DNA of 64,000 nucleotides from Scenedesmus sp. PABB004. Taxonomy: Eukaryota. The notes under the pieces were generated by a model, which was given only the letters and a program-made list of their open reading frames with translations, had not been told where the DNA came from and ran no database searches. Below, one piece after another: positions 47,191-60,977 of the stretch. The stretch spans positions 868,001-932,000 of the forward strand of contig JABVCE010000003.1 in the NCBI GenBank assembly GCA_014905635.1. Direction: 5' to 3'. Each line of letters begins with the position of its first letter. The first letter of the stretch is position 1. A program made the translations under genes and the position numbers.

Positions 47191-50100
47191 ATGGGCTACG
47201 TCCTCCTGGTGGCGCTGCTGGCGCTGCTGGCCGGCCTGGTCGCGGCGGTCAGGTGCGGCGCGGCGCAACCGCCATGCGCCGCGCTCTGCCCGCCGCTGCG
47301 GCCGCCGCCGGCCGCCCAGCGCGCCCACGCGCGCGCAGGCTGGGCGTGCGCAAGGCCAGCTCCGCCCTGGACAAGGCCGGCGTGGAGCTGTCATGCGGGC
47401 GGCTCAGCACGCGCGGCATCAACGGGGTCGCTGTCGCGCTGCAGCGGGTCCGACCGCGGCGCGCGCGGCCGCCGCGCCGCGCCGCGCCGGCGCCCGCCCC
47501 TGATGCCCTCATACCTGCCGCGTCCCCGCAGGGCCCGCTGCAGCGGCTCACAATCGACAGCATCGCATGGGGCGCAGCAGCGCGCGGCGGCGACGCCGCG
47601 GCCGGCAGCGGCGCGGCGGCGGCGGCGGCGCAGCAGCAGCAGGCGGCGGAGCCGGCGGCCGGCTGGCTCCCCATACGCGTGTCGGGCGTGCGGCTGGTGC
47701 TGGCCGCGCCGCCGCCCAAAGGCAGCGGGGCCGCCAAGGCGCGCAAGCCGCGGCGCGGCGTGAGCGCGGCGCGCTCCGCCGCCGCCTGGCCGGCGGTCAG
47801 CAGCGCGCTCGCGGTCGCGAAGCGGCTGCTTCCGGGCGTGCCGCTGCGGCTGCAGGACGTGGCCGTCGAGCTCAAGGTGCGTTTGGGGAGCTCGCCGCCA
47901 GCGGCGGGGCGGGGCAAGCGGGCGCGTGGCGCCCGGGCACGACGCTCGACCGCGCCGCCCCCTGCGCACGCTGCTGCCGCGCCGCGCAGGGCCAGGGCCT
48001 GGTGCTGCGGCTGGGGCGCGGCGCGCTGCAGTGGGCGGCGGGGGACGAGACGGGCGCGGCGCTGAGCGGCACGCTGCGCCTTCACGAGTTCACGCTCGCG
48101 CCGGGCCCCGCTGCAGCGGCAGCGGGCGCCGACAGCGGCGGCGGCGGCAGCGCCGACAGCGCGATCGCCAGCTTGCACTGCCCCGTCGCGCAGCTGGCGT
48201 TTGGCGTGGACGGCGGCCGGGGCGCGCTGCCGGTGAGCTGCACGCAGCTGAGCCTGCAGGTGGGCCAGGTCAAGGTGACGGGGCTCAGCCAGCTGCTGCT
48301 GTTGGCGAGCGCCGCCGTGGAGCCGGCGCAGGCGCCGGCGGCATGGCCAGCAGCCAAGCCGCCGGCAACGGCGGCGGCAGCGGCGGCGGCGCCGGCGCAG
48401 CCGCGTGCGGCGGCCGCCGGCAAGCAGCAGCAGCAGGCGCGCCTGCCGGAGCAGGTGCTGAGGGCTGTGGCGCTCCTGCCTGACAAGGTGGGTGGCGTGC
48501 GGCGGGGTGGGTGGTTGTCGGCCTGTTTTGGCTGGCGTCCACGCGGCGCGCGCAGCGCTCACCCTGCTTCGTCGCTCTGCACAGGTCAAGCTCAGCTTTG
48601 CGGGGCTCAAGGCTGTGCCGTGCGCAGCCGCTGCGCCCGGCGCCGGCGCGCCGCTGCTGGCGCTGCCGCAGCTGACCGGCAGCGTGGGCGCGCTGTCGCT
48701 GGCGGCCAGCAGCGCGCAGCGCCCCGCGGCGGTGCGGCCGGGCGAGAAGCTGCTGAGCGTCACGCTCAGCGTGGGCGCAGTGCAGCTCGCGGCGGCGGCG
48801 GGGCGCGCGCCGGCAGCAGCAGCGGCTCGCGGCGGCGGCAGCGCGGCAGCGGACTGCACGCAGCAGCAGCAGCCGGCAGCGGTCTTCAGCCTCGCGGGCG
48901 TGGCCGCCGGGCTGGACCTGGGCAAGGCGGCGGAAGGCGGCGCGAGCGCCAGCAGGGAGCCTGCGCGGCGCGGCCCGCTGCAGACGCACCTGCTGCAGCA
49001 GCAGCTGCAGCGCCAGCCGCAGCAGCTCAAGGCCACGTGCACCGTGCGCCTGCTGGAGCGCCCGCAGCTGCAGGTGCACGCGGCGCAGGTCGCGTGCGCG
49101 GCAGCGGCCCTGCAGCTGCTGCGGCAGGGCCTGGGCGAGCTGCGGGCGCGGCGCGCGGCGGTCGCGGCGGCAGCGGCGGCGGCGGCAGCGTCTGCCGTGG
49201 CGGCGCAGCAGGACGCCGGCGAGGGCGACCAGCTGCCGCGCATGAGCTCGCTTAGCCCGTCAGGGTCGCTGTCCGGGCTGCCGCGGCCAGAGACGCCCAG
49301 CCTGGGCACGCCGCAGGGCTCGTTCGCGCTGCTGCCAGGCGACGGGGGCGGCGCGAGCGCGGACGGTGCCCGCCCCAGCACGCCGCTGGTGGGCGGCGTG
49401 CTGCGGACGCCGGCGTCGCCGCTGGCTGCAGCCGCCGGGGCGGTGCAGCAGCGGCTGAACTCGTTCCGGCGCGGCGGCGGCCCGGCGGCCATCAGCCTGG
49501 CTGCGGAGCTGGCTGTGGCGGTGGAGGGCGGGCTGAGCGTGGAGGCGATGGACGCGGCGGGCGCCGTGGCCACCTGGGCGTCGATCAAGCAGCTGGAGGC
49601 GAGCGCGAGCCTGGAATGGCGGCCAGGCGACGGCGGCGGCGGCGGCGGCGGTGGTGGGGCGGCGGCGGGCAGCGGCAGCGGCGGCCGGCAGCAGCCTGCG
49701 GAGGCCACCGCGCCGAGCGTGTCGCTGGCCGCGGGCGCCAAGCTGCAGCAGCTGGCGGTGCGCGTCGCACCTCCTGCAGCGGCAGGGGCGAGCGACGCGA
49801 GCGGGGGCGCCCCCCGGGCCGCCATGCTGCAGCTGCTGCTTCTGGACTCGCTGGACGCACGGGCCAGCAGCGTGGACGCCGGCGGCGATGCTCCCGGAGC
49901 AGCCGGGGCAGCCGGGGCGGCGGCCCCGCTCGCGCTGGACGTGGCGGTCACGGCGGGCACGCTGACGCTGGCGCCCAGCGCGCCCTGCCTGTCGGCGCTG
50001 CTCGCGCTGGGCGTGCAGCTGGACCTGCCGCTCGCCCGGGGCGGCGGCGCCAGCGCGGCGGCGGGCCCCGCGGCGCCGCGGCCGAGCACGCCAGGCCTGC

Positions 50101-53100
50101 CCCGGCAGCGGCCGAGGGTGCGGAAGCCCCGGCGCGTGGTGCTGGCGGCTGCGGACGCCGTGCTGCAGGGCTTCGCGCTGACCTACTCTGGCGAGCTGTC
50201 GCTCAGCGCCGGCCTGGCCACGCCCGAGGCGGCGGCCGCGGCGGCGGCCGGCGGCGCGGCCGCGCAGCTCGCGCTGTCGCTGCGCGCGCTGCAGCTCAGC
50301 GCGGCACCCGGCGGCGGCAGCGTGGCGGCGTCGGCGCAGGCGCTGCAGCTGGGCTTCACCGCGTCGCCGGGCCCGGCCGGCGGCGGCGGCCAGTCGGTTG
50401 AGCTGCTGCTGGTGCAGGGCCTCGAGCTGCGACGGTATCTGCAGCCCGGCCTGCAGCTGCTCAAGGCCGCGGCGCAGCAGGTGCGCAGCGACGTGCACGT
50501 CGACGCCGTGCTGGCGGGCGCGGGGCTGGCCGAGGCCGCGCTGCAGCAGGTCGCCGACGCCGCGCAGCGGCTCGCGGCGCGCGGGGCGGCCGCGGCTGCG
50601 GCCGCGGCCGGCCCGGCGGGCGACGCCGCGTCGGCGCTGGCCGCGCTGGTCGCGGCGGTCGGCGGCGGGCCGGAGGGCGCGGCGCCGCAGGCGCCGGGCA
50701 CGCCCCGGTCAGCGCCGGCGGCGCGCTCGTGGAGGCGCAGGACTCGTTCAGCACGCTTGCGCGGGAGCTGCCGCTGCTGCGCCGCGCGGACGAGCCGCCC
50801 TCGCCGGGCGGCGAGCCCGGCACGGCGTCGCCGCCGCCGCTGGGGCGGCCGCCGCTCGGCCGCACCAGCAGCGGCGGCTCGCTGCTCGCCGCGCTGACCG
50901 CGCACGCGGCGGCGGCGCTCGCGCCGCGGCGGCTGCTCGCGGTCGAGGTGCGGCTGCAGGACGTCGCGCTGCAGGCCTCGGTGTGCGCGCGCGACGTGCT
51001 GCTGGTGACGGCGGACGTGGTGAAGCACAGCAGCGTCCTGGAGCAGGGCGTGGTGGAGCGGCTGCGCTTCGCCATCAACGAGCGCCCCGTGGTGGCGGTC
51101 CCGCACCTCGCGCTGCACGGCCTGCCCGGCTGGGCGCCGCCGGGCGCGGGCGCGGCGGCCGCCGCGCTCGGCGGCCAGCGCGGCGTCAGCCCGGTGTGCG
51201 GCGGCAGCGTCGCCGCGGCCGCGGCCGCGGCCGCGGCCGCGGCGGCCGCCGCCGGCGGCGCCGAGGTCTCCCACAAGTCGTGGTCGGTCACCGCGGACGA
51301 GGGCATCCGCAGCAAGGCCGCGAGCGGCGCGGGCGCCGGCGCGGCGGGCCCGCACGACTGCGGCGCGAGCACCGAGAGCGTCCGCTTCTTCGACGACGGC
51401 GGCGTGCAGAGCTGGCAGTCGGTGGACGACCCGGCGCCCTCTGCGTCGCTCGGCAGCCGCCGCCCCGCGCCGGCCAAGGCGCCCGCGCTCTACGCGCGCC
51501 AGGCGGCGCGCCAGGCGGCCGGGCGCGCGCGCGTCAGGGCGCCGCCGGCCGCCGCCGAGGCGCCCAGCGCCGGCGTGGTCAGCCTGGATGTCTACGCGGA
51601 GCGCGTGCTGGTGACGGTGCCGCACGACGAGTCGCCAGGGCGCATCATCCTGGCGTGCGAGACGTGGGCCAAGGCGGTGAAGCAGGTGCTGGTGCCGCGC
51701 GCCCGCGGCATCAAGGCGGCGGCGGCGGCGCTCAAGGCCGCGGCCGGCGGTGGCGGGGGCGGCGCCGCCAAGCCGCCGCGGGCCAAGCCGGCCAAGCCGG
51801 GCTATCTCGAGCTCGTCGCGCACGTGCAGCAGCTGACGTTCTGCCTCGAGCAGCACCCGCTGGAGACGTGGCTGGGCCTGCACGGCCCGCTGCTGCAGGC
51901 GATGGCGGCGGAGCGCCACCTCACCGAGCAGCTGCTCTCCTCCTGCGCCGGCTCGCACGGCCGCGTCAGCCGCAGCGGCGGCAGCGGCGGCGCCGGCGCC
52001 GGGGCCGGGGCCGGCGCAGGCGCGCGCGGCACGCCGCGCGCCGACGCGGCCGGCCGGGTGCTGGACTCGGCGGGCAAGAAGCAGCAGCGGCAGCAGTGGC
52101 AGAAGCGGCGCTGGGGCAGCCTCGGCAGGCGCGGCGCCGCCGTGGCGGCCGCCATCGCTGCGGGCTCCATCACGGACGCCACCGCGGCGGCCGTCGCGGG
52201 CCCGGCCGCCGCGGCGATGGCCGCGCTGAGTGGGCCCGGGCCCAGCCCGCTGCACCCGGCCGCGGCGGCGCCGCCGCACGCCCCCGCGCTGCCCGGCGAC
52301 GGCGAGCCCGGCGCCGCGGGGGGCGACGCTGGGGCGGGCGAGGCGGTCGAGGGCGCCGCGGCCGCCGAGCCCGACCTGGGCGCCAGCGACACCTCGGACG
52401 ACCTCGACTCGTCGGACGACGACGCCGCCGGCGCCATCGACCCGGACGCCCTCGCCGCGGCGCTGCCCAGCAGCGCGGCGGTGCTGGCGGGCGCGCCGGG
52501 CAGCCCCGGCGCGCCGCACGGCGGCGCCGAGCCCGGCGCCGGCGCCGCCGCGGCGGGCGCCGGCGCGGCCGGCGTGGCCGAGGGCAGCGGCGAGATGGCA
52601 GCGGCGGTGCTGCAGGCGCACACCGAGCTGCTTGCGATGTACCGCGCTCGCTGCCGCCCCGCCGCGGCGGCGGCCGCCGACCCGTACCACCACGCGCGCG
52701 GCGTGATGCACGTGTCGCTCGCGCGCGCCGAGGCGGTCGTGCTCATCTGCCTGCCCGGCAACGCGGTCGCCGATGCCGTGGCGGCGGAGACGGTGGAGCG
52801 CGTCGACCCGCCGAGCCAGGGCGTGGCCATGGAGCGCTACCAGACCATCGGCCTCGACGTGGGCCTCACCGGCCCTCACCGCGCACTTTGGCGGCGTCGA
52901 GGAGGTGCGCCCGCCGCGGCGCCGCCGGCCGCCCGCCTGCCTGCGCGCCGGCGCCACGCGCGCGGCAGCGCCCGCGTGCTCACGTGCCCCCGCGCCGCCG
53001 CCGCCGCTGCCCGGCCGCTCGCAGCTGGCGTCCACGATCGGCAGCCTCGGCGCGAGCGGGCTGCTCGTGCGCGCGCGCCAGCTATGCGCGCCGCCGCAGA

Positions 53101-56100
53101 CGCGGCCGCTGCGCATGGCAGTCGGCGCGTGGCACGAGGCGGACGTGCCCGTCGTGGTCAAGGGCACGCGGCCGCCCATGAAGGTGCGGCCGGCGCCGCC
53201 GCGCTGCACCCGGCTGGGCGCCGCGCTGCTGGCCGGCTGCCGGCTGCGACGCAGCGCACGCCGTGCGCCCCGTGCCCGCGCGCCGCCTCACTCGCCGCGC
53301 CCCGCCGCCGTGCCCCGCCGCCGCGGCGCCAGATGTACACGGACGTGCGCGCGGAGCTAGAGGACGTGCAGGGCGGCTTTTGCCCCGGGCTGGAGGCGGC
53401 GTTTGGGCAGCTCGCGCCGGCGTTCAAGCGCCTGACCGTGCCCAACGCGCTGAACGGCGACGGCTCCGTCCCGCCGAGCGCGCACCCGGGGCTGCCCTGG
53501 TGGGACATGATGGCATACATGTGGCGCGGCGTTGCGGCGGTGCGCGTGCGCGGGCTCACCGCGGTGCTCGCCAACGCCCAGAATCCGCACGTCGGGCTGC
53601 GGGACGAGAAGTTTGCGGTCACCGCGGCCACGCTCAGCGTGGGCGTCGCGGCGGGGCGCATCGACCTCACCGCGACGGGGCTGAGCGCGTGCGCGCACGC
53701 GGCGGCGCCCGACGCCGGCCCGGGTGCGCGGCGCAGCGCGCCGCCTCCGGCCCGCGCGCACGCGCGCGGCGGCCGTCGCCTTCGTTGCGCCGCCGCCGCC
53801 GCCGCCGCCGCGCCGCCCCGACGACCGTCCCTCCCCGCCCTCCCCGCCGCGCCGCGCAGGCGACTCGCTGCTGGTGCTGCCGGCGTTCCACCTGCCGCTC
53901 GTGACCGCCGGCTTCACGATCACCACGCGCCTGCCGCGCGGGCGCAGCCCCCTCTTCCACCACGCGTTCCCCATCCTCGCGGCGCGCCCGCGCCCCGGCG
54001 ACGCGGCGCAGGAGGTCGTGGACGTCTTTGCCGCGATGAAGGCCGAGGGCTGGAGCCTCGGCATCGACATCGCCGTCTCCTCGGACCGCAGCCGCGCCGG
54101 CGGCGGCGCGCCGCCGCCACCGCCCGGCGCGCCGCCGGGCGCTGGCCCCGGCGCTGGCGGCGGCGGCGGCGGCGGCGCGCCCCCGCCCGGCGGCGCCGGC
54201 GGGGGCGCGGGCGGGCTGAGCGGCGTCGCGGCGTCGTGCTGGCACTACTTCCAGCCGCAGCACGTCCCGCACGCGTTCATCGGCCAGTTCCAGATCAAAT
54301 ACATCATGGACCTGGTCGACACGCTCGCCAACCCGAGCGCCGTCGTGCGGCTCGCGCGCAAGCTCAAGCCCCACCACGCGCGCGACCGCCGGCCCGAGGC
54401 CGCGGCCGCCGCGCGCGCGTCGGCGGCGGTGCGCGCCGGCATCACGGCGATGCCGCTGTTGAAGCAGGCGGTCGAGATCGGGCTGACCGCGGACCAGTTC
54501 CGGGTGCACCACGACGCGCAGGACGGCGAGGACCCGAGCGACATGGTCTACGCCGCGCTCAGCAGGCGCGGCGGCGGCGGCAGCGCGCGCGCGCGCGCCG
54601 GCCCCGGCGGGGCGGGCCGCGGCGGGGCGGGCGCGGGGGCGCGCTGCTGGCGGGCCGTGTGCGGGGGCGCCGCCGCCCCGCGCCCGCCGCGCCGCCGGCC
54701 CGCCGCGCTCACGCGCCCCCCCCCCCCCCCCCCCCCCCCCGCGCCGCTGCGCAGCGTGCGCTACAGCAACACGTTCACCTACAGCCGCCTCAAGCGCACC
54801 ATCACGACGTCGCGCGGCGCGCGGCTCAAGGACTCGGCGCGCCAGTTCATGGCCAGCCTGAGCGTGGAGGCGTATGAGCTGCAGATCATCAAGCCCACGC
54901 CCAGTGACGCGCTCGCGGCGCCCCCGGGCGGCACCGGCGGCGCGTGCCCGCCGTGGCGGCCGCCCGACGGCGCGGCGCGCGCGCCGCTCGACGCGCGCGG
55001 CGGCGGCGGCCCCGGCGGCACACCCAGCCGCGGCAGCCCGCTCAAGGGCGCGAGCGGCGGCCGCGGCGGCGGCGACCGCGGCAACGCCGGCGGCGCCGAC
55101 GACGACGCGGCGGCGCTGCCAGGGTTTGGGCAGGGCCTCATTGCCTCGGCGGCCTGCTTCCTGCTGCGCCAGGCGCCCGCAGAGGCGGGCGCCGCCGCCG
55201 GCGCCGCCGGCGGCACTGGCGGCAGCGGCAGCGCCGCCGCCGTCCCCATCGACCCGGTGCGGCGCGGCGCGGCGCCCATCGCGCGCGCGCCGCCAGCCCG
55301 CTCGCCGCGGCGCCCGCGCCCGCCCCTGACGCCCGCCCGCTGGCCCGCCCCCGCAGCCGCCGGTGCCGAAGCGCGCGATCCGCATGATTGCTCAGGACGT
55401 GAAGCTGCTGTGCCCCGCGGAGCTGCGCGACACGAGCATCCTGCTGTTCCACCACATGCAGAAGGCCTTTGGCGGCATCACCTTTGGCCAGCCGCGCGGC
55501 CCCGTGCGCATCAGCACGCGCGCCAAGGCCGGCGCGGCGGCCGACAGCGGCGCGAGCAGCCCGCGCGGCCCGCGCGCGCCGAGCGACGGCAGCGGCGACG
55601 CGCCGAGCCTCAGCCGCGTGAGCCCGGGTGTCGGCGGCACGCTGCTGCGGCACGGCAGCACCGACCTCGGGCACGCGCCCGGCACCGGCGGCGGCGGCGG
55701 CCCCGCGTCGGCGGCCGCGAGCGCGGGCGGCGAGGGCGGCGGCGCCGGCGGCGGCGCCGGCGCGGGCGGCAGCATGGTGAGCACGCCGTTCGACGAGGAG
55801 CTCATGCTTCAGCGCCTGCTGCAGGAGAACCGCGCGGCCGAGGCGGCCGCGGCGGGCCTGCGGTCCAAGGCGCGCGCCGGCAGGCGGCGCGGCCTGCGCA
55901 GCGACCTGTCGGCCTGCAGCGCGGGCAGCGCCGACTCGGCCGCGACGCCCACCGACGGCGGCGCGGCGAGCGAGGCGAGCGCGCACGGCGGCGCCGCAGC
56001 CGCAGCGGCGCCGCCGGCGGCCGCGGGCGCGGGGCACGCGGCCGTCGCCGCGCGCGCGCTCAAGGGCGCCGGCGGCAGCCGCGGCTCGCTCGCCTCGGGC

Positions 56101-59100
56101 TCGGGCTCCGACGACGGCGGCGGCGCGCCGCAGCGCGGCGGCGCCGGCGGGCGGCGGCGAGGGCGGCGGCAGCCCGCGCGCCCAGGCCGGCCCGGCCGCG
56201 AGCGCTGGCGGGGGCTTTGAGGAGGTGCTGCTGGAGTATGAGATTGAGTTTGTGCAAGTCCAGGTGCACGCCGGCGGGCGCGGGGGCAGCGCCTGACCCA
56301 CCGGCGCCTGACCCACCGGCGCCGGCGGCCGCGCGGCCCCGCCCGTCGGCGCTCACCCGCCGCGCCCGCGCGCGCGCGCCGCGCCGCCGCCAGGTCAACC
56401 TGGTGAGCGACAGCGCGCGCGGCAGCCTCGTGCTGGGCACCAACTCAGCGCTGCTGCTCGGCCACCTCAACGCGACGCGCCTCGAGCGCAGTGTGTCGTT
56501 CAAGATGGACCAGGTGCGCCGCCGCTGCACGCGCCGGTGAACCCGCCGCTGCTGCGGCCGCAGCGCTGTGCTGCGGCACGCGTGGCACGCGCGGCATGCG
56601 CAGCACGCGCGAGGCGCTGCGCGCGCTGCATCTGTGCGGCCGCGGCGGCGGCCGCCCTGCCGCGCTCAACGCCCGCCCTTTTCCGCGCCGCGCAGGTCCA
56701 GGCGCACGTCGTGTGCAGCGAGGCGGAGCCGCGCCAGCGCGTCGGCGCGCCGCTGTGGCTGGAGATCGCCAACGGCAAGCTCTCCACGCCGCCCGGCGCG
56801 GAGGGCGTCATGCGCCAGGTGCTCCTGCCGTTCAAATGCCAGCTCGTGACGACCAAGCAGGCCGCCAACAGCGCGACCGCGGCCGCGCTCAACAGCGCGG
56901 CGGCCGCCGCGCCCGACGGCGGCCTCGCCGCCGCGCAGCTCAGCATCGCGCCCGCGGCGCCGCCCGGCGGTGGCGCCGGCGGCGCCCCGGGCGCGTCGTC
57001 GCCCGGGCGCGGCGGGCGCCGCAGCAGCAGCAGCGGCCTGCCTCCTGCGGGCTTTGCGCCGTCGGCGGGGCAGGAGCTGCGGCTGCACGTGCCGACCATC
57101 GGCGCGCGCCTGGACAGCCGGCAGTTTGAGGTGCTGATGGACGTGATTCAAAACATCGCCATGGCGCCCCTGCCCACGGTGCGCCCGGCGCCGCGCCCCG
57201 CTCGCCTCTGCGCGCGACCGCGCCCCACTTGCCGCCGACGCGCCCGCGTCGCCGCCCGCCGCCCGCCGCAGTTCCCGCCCTCGGTGCGCGGCCTGTGGCG
57301 CTACCCCGACGGCACGAGCGAGGACGACGACAACCAGGACGTCCAGTTTGCGCTGGAGACGCTGCAGAGCCTCCGCGAGCGCCAGCGCGGCCTCGAGGCG
57401 GAGCTCGCCGCCGTGCTCGCCGGCCACGCGGCCTGCGCGGCGCTCGCGGGTGCCGGCGCGGCGGCGCCACCGCTCGCGCTCGCGCTCGCGCCGCCGCCGG
57501 CCGCGGCGAGCCCCTGGCCGGAGGAGGGCGGCAGCGTGTTCGGCGGGGACAGCGAGTACGGCGTCGCGTACAGCGCGTGCCCGAGCTACAGCGCGCAGAG
57601 CTACAGCGCGGCGAGCTACTGGAGCAGCACGACCGCGTACGCGCCGCAGGCGCTCGCCGGCGCGCCCGGCGGCGCGTCCGACATCAAGGACGCGTCCATC
57701 GCCATGGTCCTCGCCCTCGCGGCGGCGGGCGTGGCGGAGCGGCCCTGGCAGGCGCAGGCGCTGCTCGCGGCGCAGCAGGCGGCGCAGAAGGCGCAGGGCG
57801 GCGGCGGCCGGGGCGCGCTGCCGATGCTGAGCGCCGCGAGCGCCGCGAGCCTCGGCCGCGGCGCCGGCGTCGGCGGCGGCAGCACGGGCAGCCTCGCGAG
57901 CCTCGCGCGCGGCGCGAGCGCGGGCGCGCCGCCGCCGCCGGCGCCGGGGCCGGCGCTCGAGTCGCTGGTGCTGTTTGCGGAGCGCCAGACGCTCGTGTGG
58001 TGGGCGCAGGAGCAGCTGCAGGGCGCGCTGGACGCGATCGCCGCGAGCCGCGTCGTGCTGGCGCTGCTGCGCAGCGAGGCGGGGCTGCTCAAGGTCCGCG
58101 CGCGCGCCAGCATGGGCGTGAGCATCACGGTCGACACCATCGACTGGGCCCTCTCCCGCGGCGCGACCACGATCGTGCAGGGCGACCTGCAGGCGCGGCG
58201 GCGGCGGCGGCGGCGCGCCGCCGGCAGGGCCGCGACGCGCGCGCGGCGCGGGCGGGGCACGGGGGCGCGCGGCGCGCGCGGCGCGCCGACCTGCCGCCCA
58301 CCGCTCACGCCGCGCTCGCACCGCGCGCGCGCTTGCACCACGCCTCGCGCGCCCCGCCCCCGCCGCGCCCCCGCTGCGCAGGGCATTTCCTACCAGAGCA
58401 TACGCGGCGAGGACCACACCGGGACCACCAAGATCCAGCTGCACACCGCAACGTTCAGGGACCCGCAGCAGCACGCGGCCGCGGTCGCCGCCGCGGCGGC
58501 CGCGGAGGCCTCGGCCGGGCGCAGCACGCGCGCGAGCCTCGGCAGCGGCGGCGCGGCGCAGCACGGCGCGGCGCCGGGCGACGCGGGCGGCGCGGCGGGC
58601 GCCGACCCGGGCGGCGGGCTCGGCGGCGGCGGCAGCGGCAGCCTCGCGCCGCTGCTGGGCGGCGCCGCGCCGGGCGCCGGCGGCGCCGCGTCGTCGTCGT
58701 CGGCCGCGCCGCCGGCGCCGGCCGCCCCCGGGCCGGCCGGCGGTGCGCCGCCGCCCGCGCCCGCTGTCGGCGACGAGCCTGGCATCATCCTGGCGCCGTG
58801 GAACCCCGACGAGAGCTGGGAGAGCGACGAGGTGCGGCCGCGCGCGCTCACACCGCCCGCTCCTTCCTTCCTCTCCCCCCGAGAGCGCGCTCGCACGCCT
58901 GCGCATTTACACCCGCCCGCCCCTCGCGGTGCCGCGCGCGCCCAGCTGGTCCGCATCTACGCCATCCACGGCGCGCTGGAGAAGCGGCACGTGGTGTACG
59001 AGCACATCGAGGTGCTGGTGCACCCCATCCGCGTGCACCTCACCTCGGCGCTCGCGGCGGCGCTGCAGGACTACTTCAACCTCCGCGACGAGGACACCAA

Positions 59101-59216
59101 GCTCCTGCCCCCCGGCGCCAAGGCCGGCGCCAAGGCCGCGGGTGCGGCGGCGCGCCGCGGCGCGGCGGCGAGGGGCGCGCGCGAGGCGCGCGCAGGCCAT
59201 GGCGCAGCCAGTTTAC

Positions 59217-59256
<40 letters not shown>

Positions 59257-60977
59257 AGCAGCGGCCGCGCGCGACGACAAGCGCCGCGTCACCGCGCCGG
59301 GCGACCTGGCCGCGGCGGGCGGCGGCGCGGCCGGCGGCGCAGGCGCCGGCCGCGCCGGCGGCGCGCCGCCCGGCAGCACCAGCCCTGTGCTCGGCCCCCT
59401 CGCGGTCGCGGCGGCGCGGCGGCCGTCCATCTTCAGCCGACGCGTGGCCGCGGCGGCGGCGGCCGCCGCGGGCGTGCCCCTCCCCGCGACGCCGCCGCCG
59501 GGCGGCGGCGGCGGCGGCGGCGGCGGCGCGGCCGCCGCGGCCGCGGCCGGCGCCGCGGGCGGCGCGCCGGCGGCGCCGCAGATCGTGGTGCCGGCGCCGG
59601 ACTTTGACGCCGCCGGCATCCACCCTGTGGACGCCGGCGGTTTCGTCACGCCCGCCGACTCGCCCGCCGACGCGACGCTCGGGCTGCCGCCGCCCGGGCT
59701 GTCCAGCGTCGGCGAGGACGGCGGCGCCGGCGGCGACGCGGCGCAGGCCGCCCACCACCACGCGCACAGCGCGTCGGGCGACGAGGCCGCGCTGCTCGGC
59801 GGCGGCGGCGCGCCGGCGGGCGCACCGCTGCCGCCCGCGTCGCCGGGGCCGGCCATGCAGCCCGTGAGCGCCGAGGCTGCGCTCATGATGCGTTACGGCA
59901 CGGTGCGCCGCGGCCGCGCGGCCGCGCCGCGGGCGGCGCCACGCCCGGCACGCCCGGCGGGCCGCCGGGCGCGCCCGGCGGCGCGGGCGGCCACCCCGCG
60001 TCGGCCGCGAGCGCCGGCGCCCCGGCGCCCGCCGCGCCGCCGACGACGCCCGGCGGCGCCGGCGGCCCCGGCGGCGGCGGCCCGCCGCTCACGCCCGGCG
60101 GCGCGGCCGGCGGCGGCACCGCGGCCGGCGGCGCCGCCCCGGGAGGCGGCGCCGCGCGGCCCGCGGGCGCGCCGCCGCCGCCGCCGTCGCGGAGCATCAA
60201 GTTCAAGCACGTCCGCTTCAACCGCGTGCACGCGCGGCTCACGTACGAGGGCCCGCCGCTCACGATCAGCGGCTTTGGCCTGGTGCTCGACAACCGCGTG
60301 TACCGCAACGTCGACGGCGGCTGGAAGACGGTGCTCAACCGGTGAGGGGTCGGAGAGGGAGCGGCGGCGCGGGGCGGGGTGGGGGCGCGCCCGTGCGCGA
60401 GGGAGGGAGGGCCCCGCGGCGGCGGCGGCGGCGCGTGGCGCGGGCCGGGGCGCGCGCCTCTGAGCGCCCGCGCCGCCGCGCCCGCGCCCGCGCGGCGCGC
60501 AGGTACAAGTGGGACGCGATCCGCAGCCTTGTCAAGAGCGCGAGCGGCCTGCAGGCGCGCAAGCTGCAGGAGCTGCAGATCCCCACCTTTGGCCCCGAGC
60601 CGCCCGACACGCTGGAGCTGCGCTCGAGCGGCGGGCTGCGGGCGGGGCTGCTCTCGCTGCTCAAGGGCCGCAAGCCCGCCGGCGGCGCGCGGCTGCGCCT
60701 CGCCGGCGGCGATGCGAGCGGCGGCGGGCTCGGCGGCCTCAGCGGCGGCGGCCTGGACGAGCCCGACGGCGGCGGCGGCGGCGGCGCGCCGCGCGACGGC
60801 AGCGGCGGCGGCGAGGACGGCGGCGCCGGCGGCAGCGGCGGCGGCGCGCTGGGCGGCGGGGCGGACTACATTGACCTCATGCGCGACGCGCTGCGCGCCA
60901 AGCACAAGGCGCGCAAGACGGCGCTGCTGCTCGGCGCGGTGCCGCCGCCGCCGCTGCCGGCGGGCGCGCTCGCGTGA
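47191..60977 (+). CDS. BLTP2: Bridge-like lipid transfer protein BLTP2 (SABRE/KIP/Fmp27/Hobbit family), multi-exon
   Basis: N-terminal anchor MGYVLLVALLALLAGLVAAV. Family blocks LTFCLEQHPLETWL, RPPMK|MYTD, LPWWDMMAYMWRG and LDSRQFEVLMDVIQNI. Apt1-like end FKHVRFNRVHARLTYEG...WKTVLNR|YKWDAIRSLVKS. Confidence 0.85.

Noticed and set aside
56289..56322. Short direct duplications (also about 40542-40577 and the doubled gctaggagggg at the MED7 stop) as transposon footprints
   Set aside because: No terminal inverted repeats, transposase or element body. They are consistent with slippage duplications.
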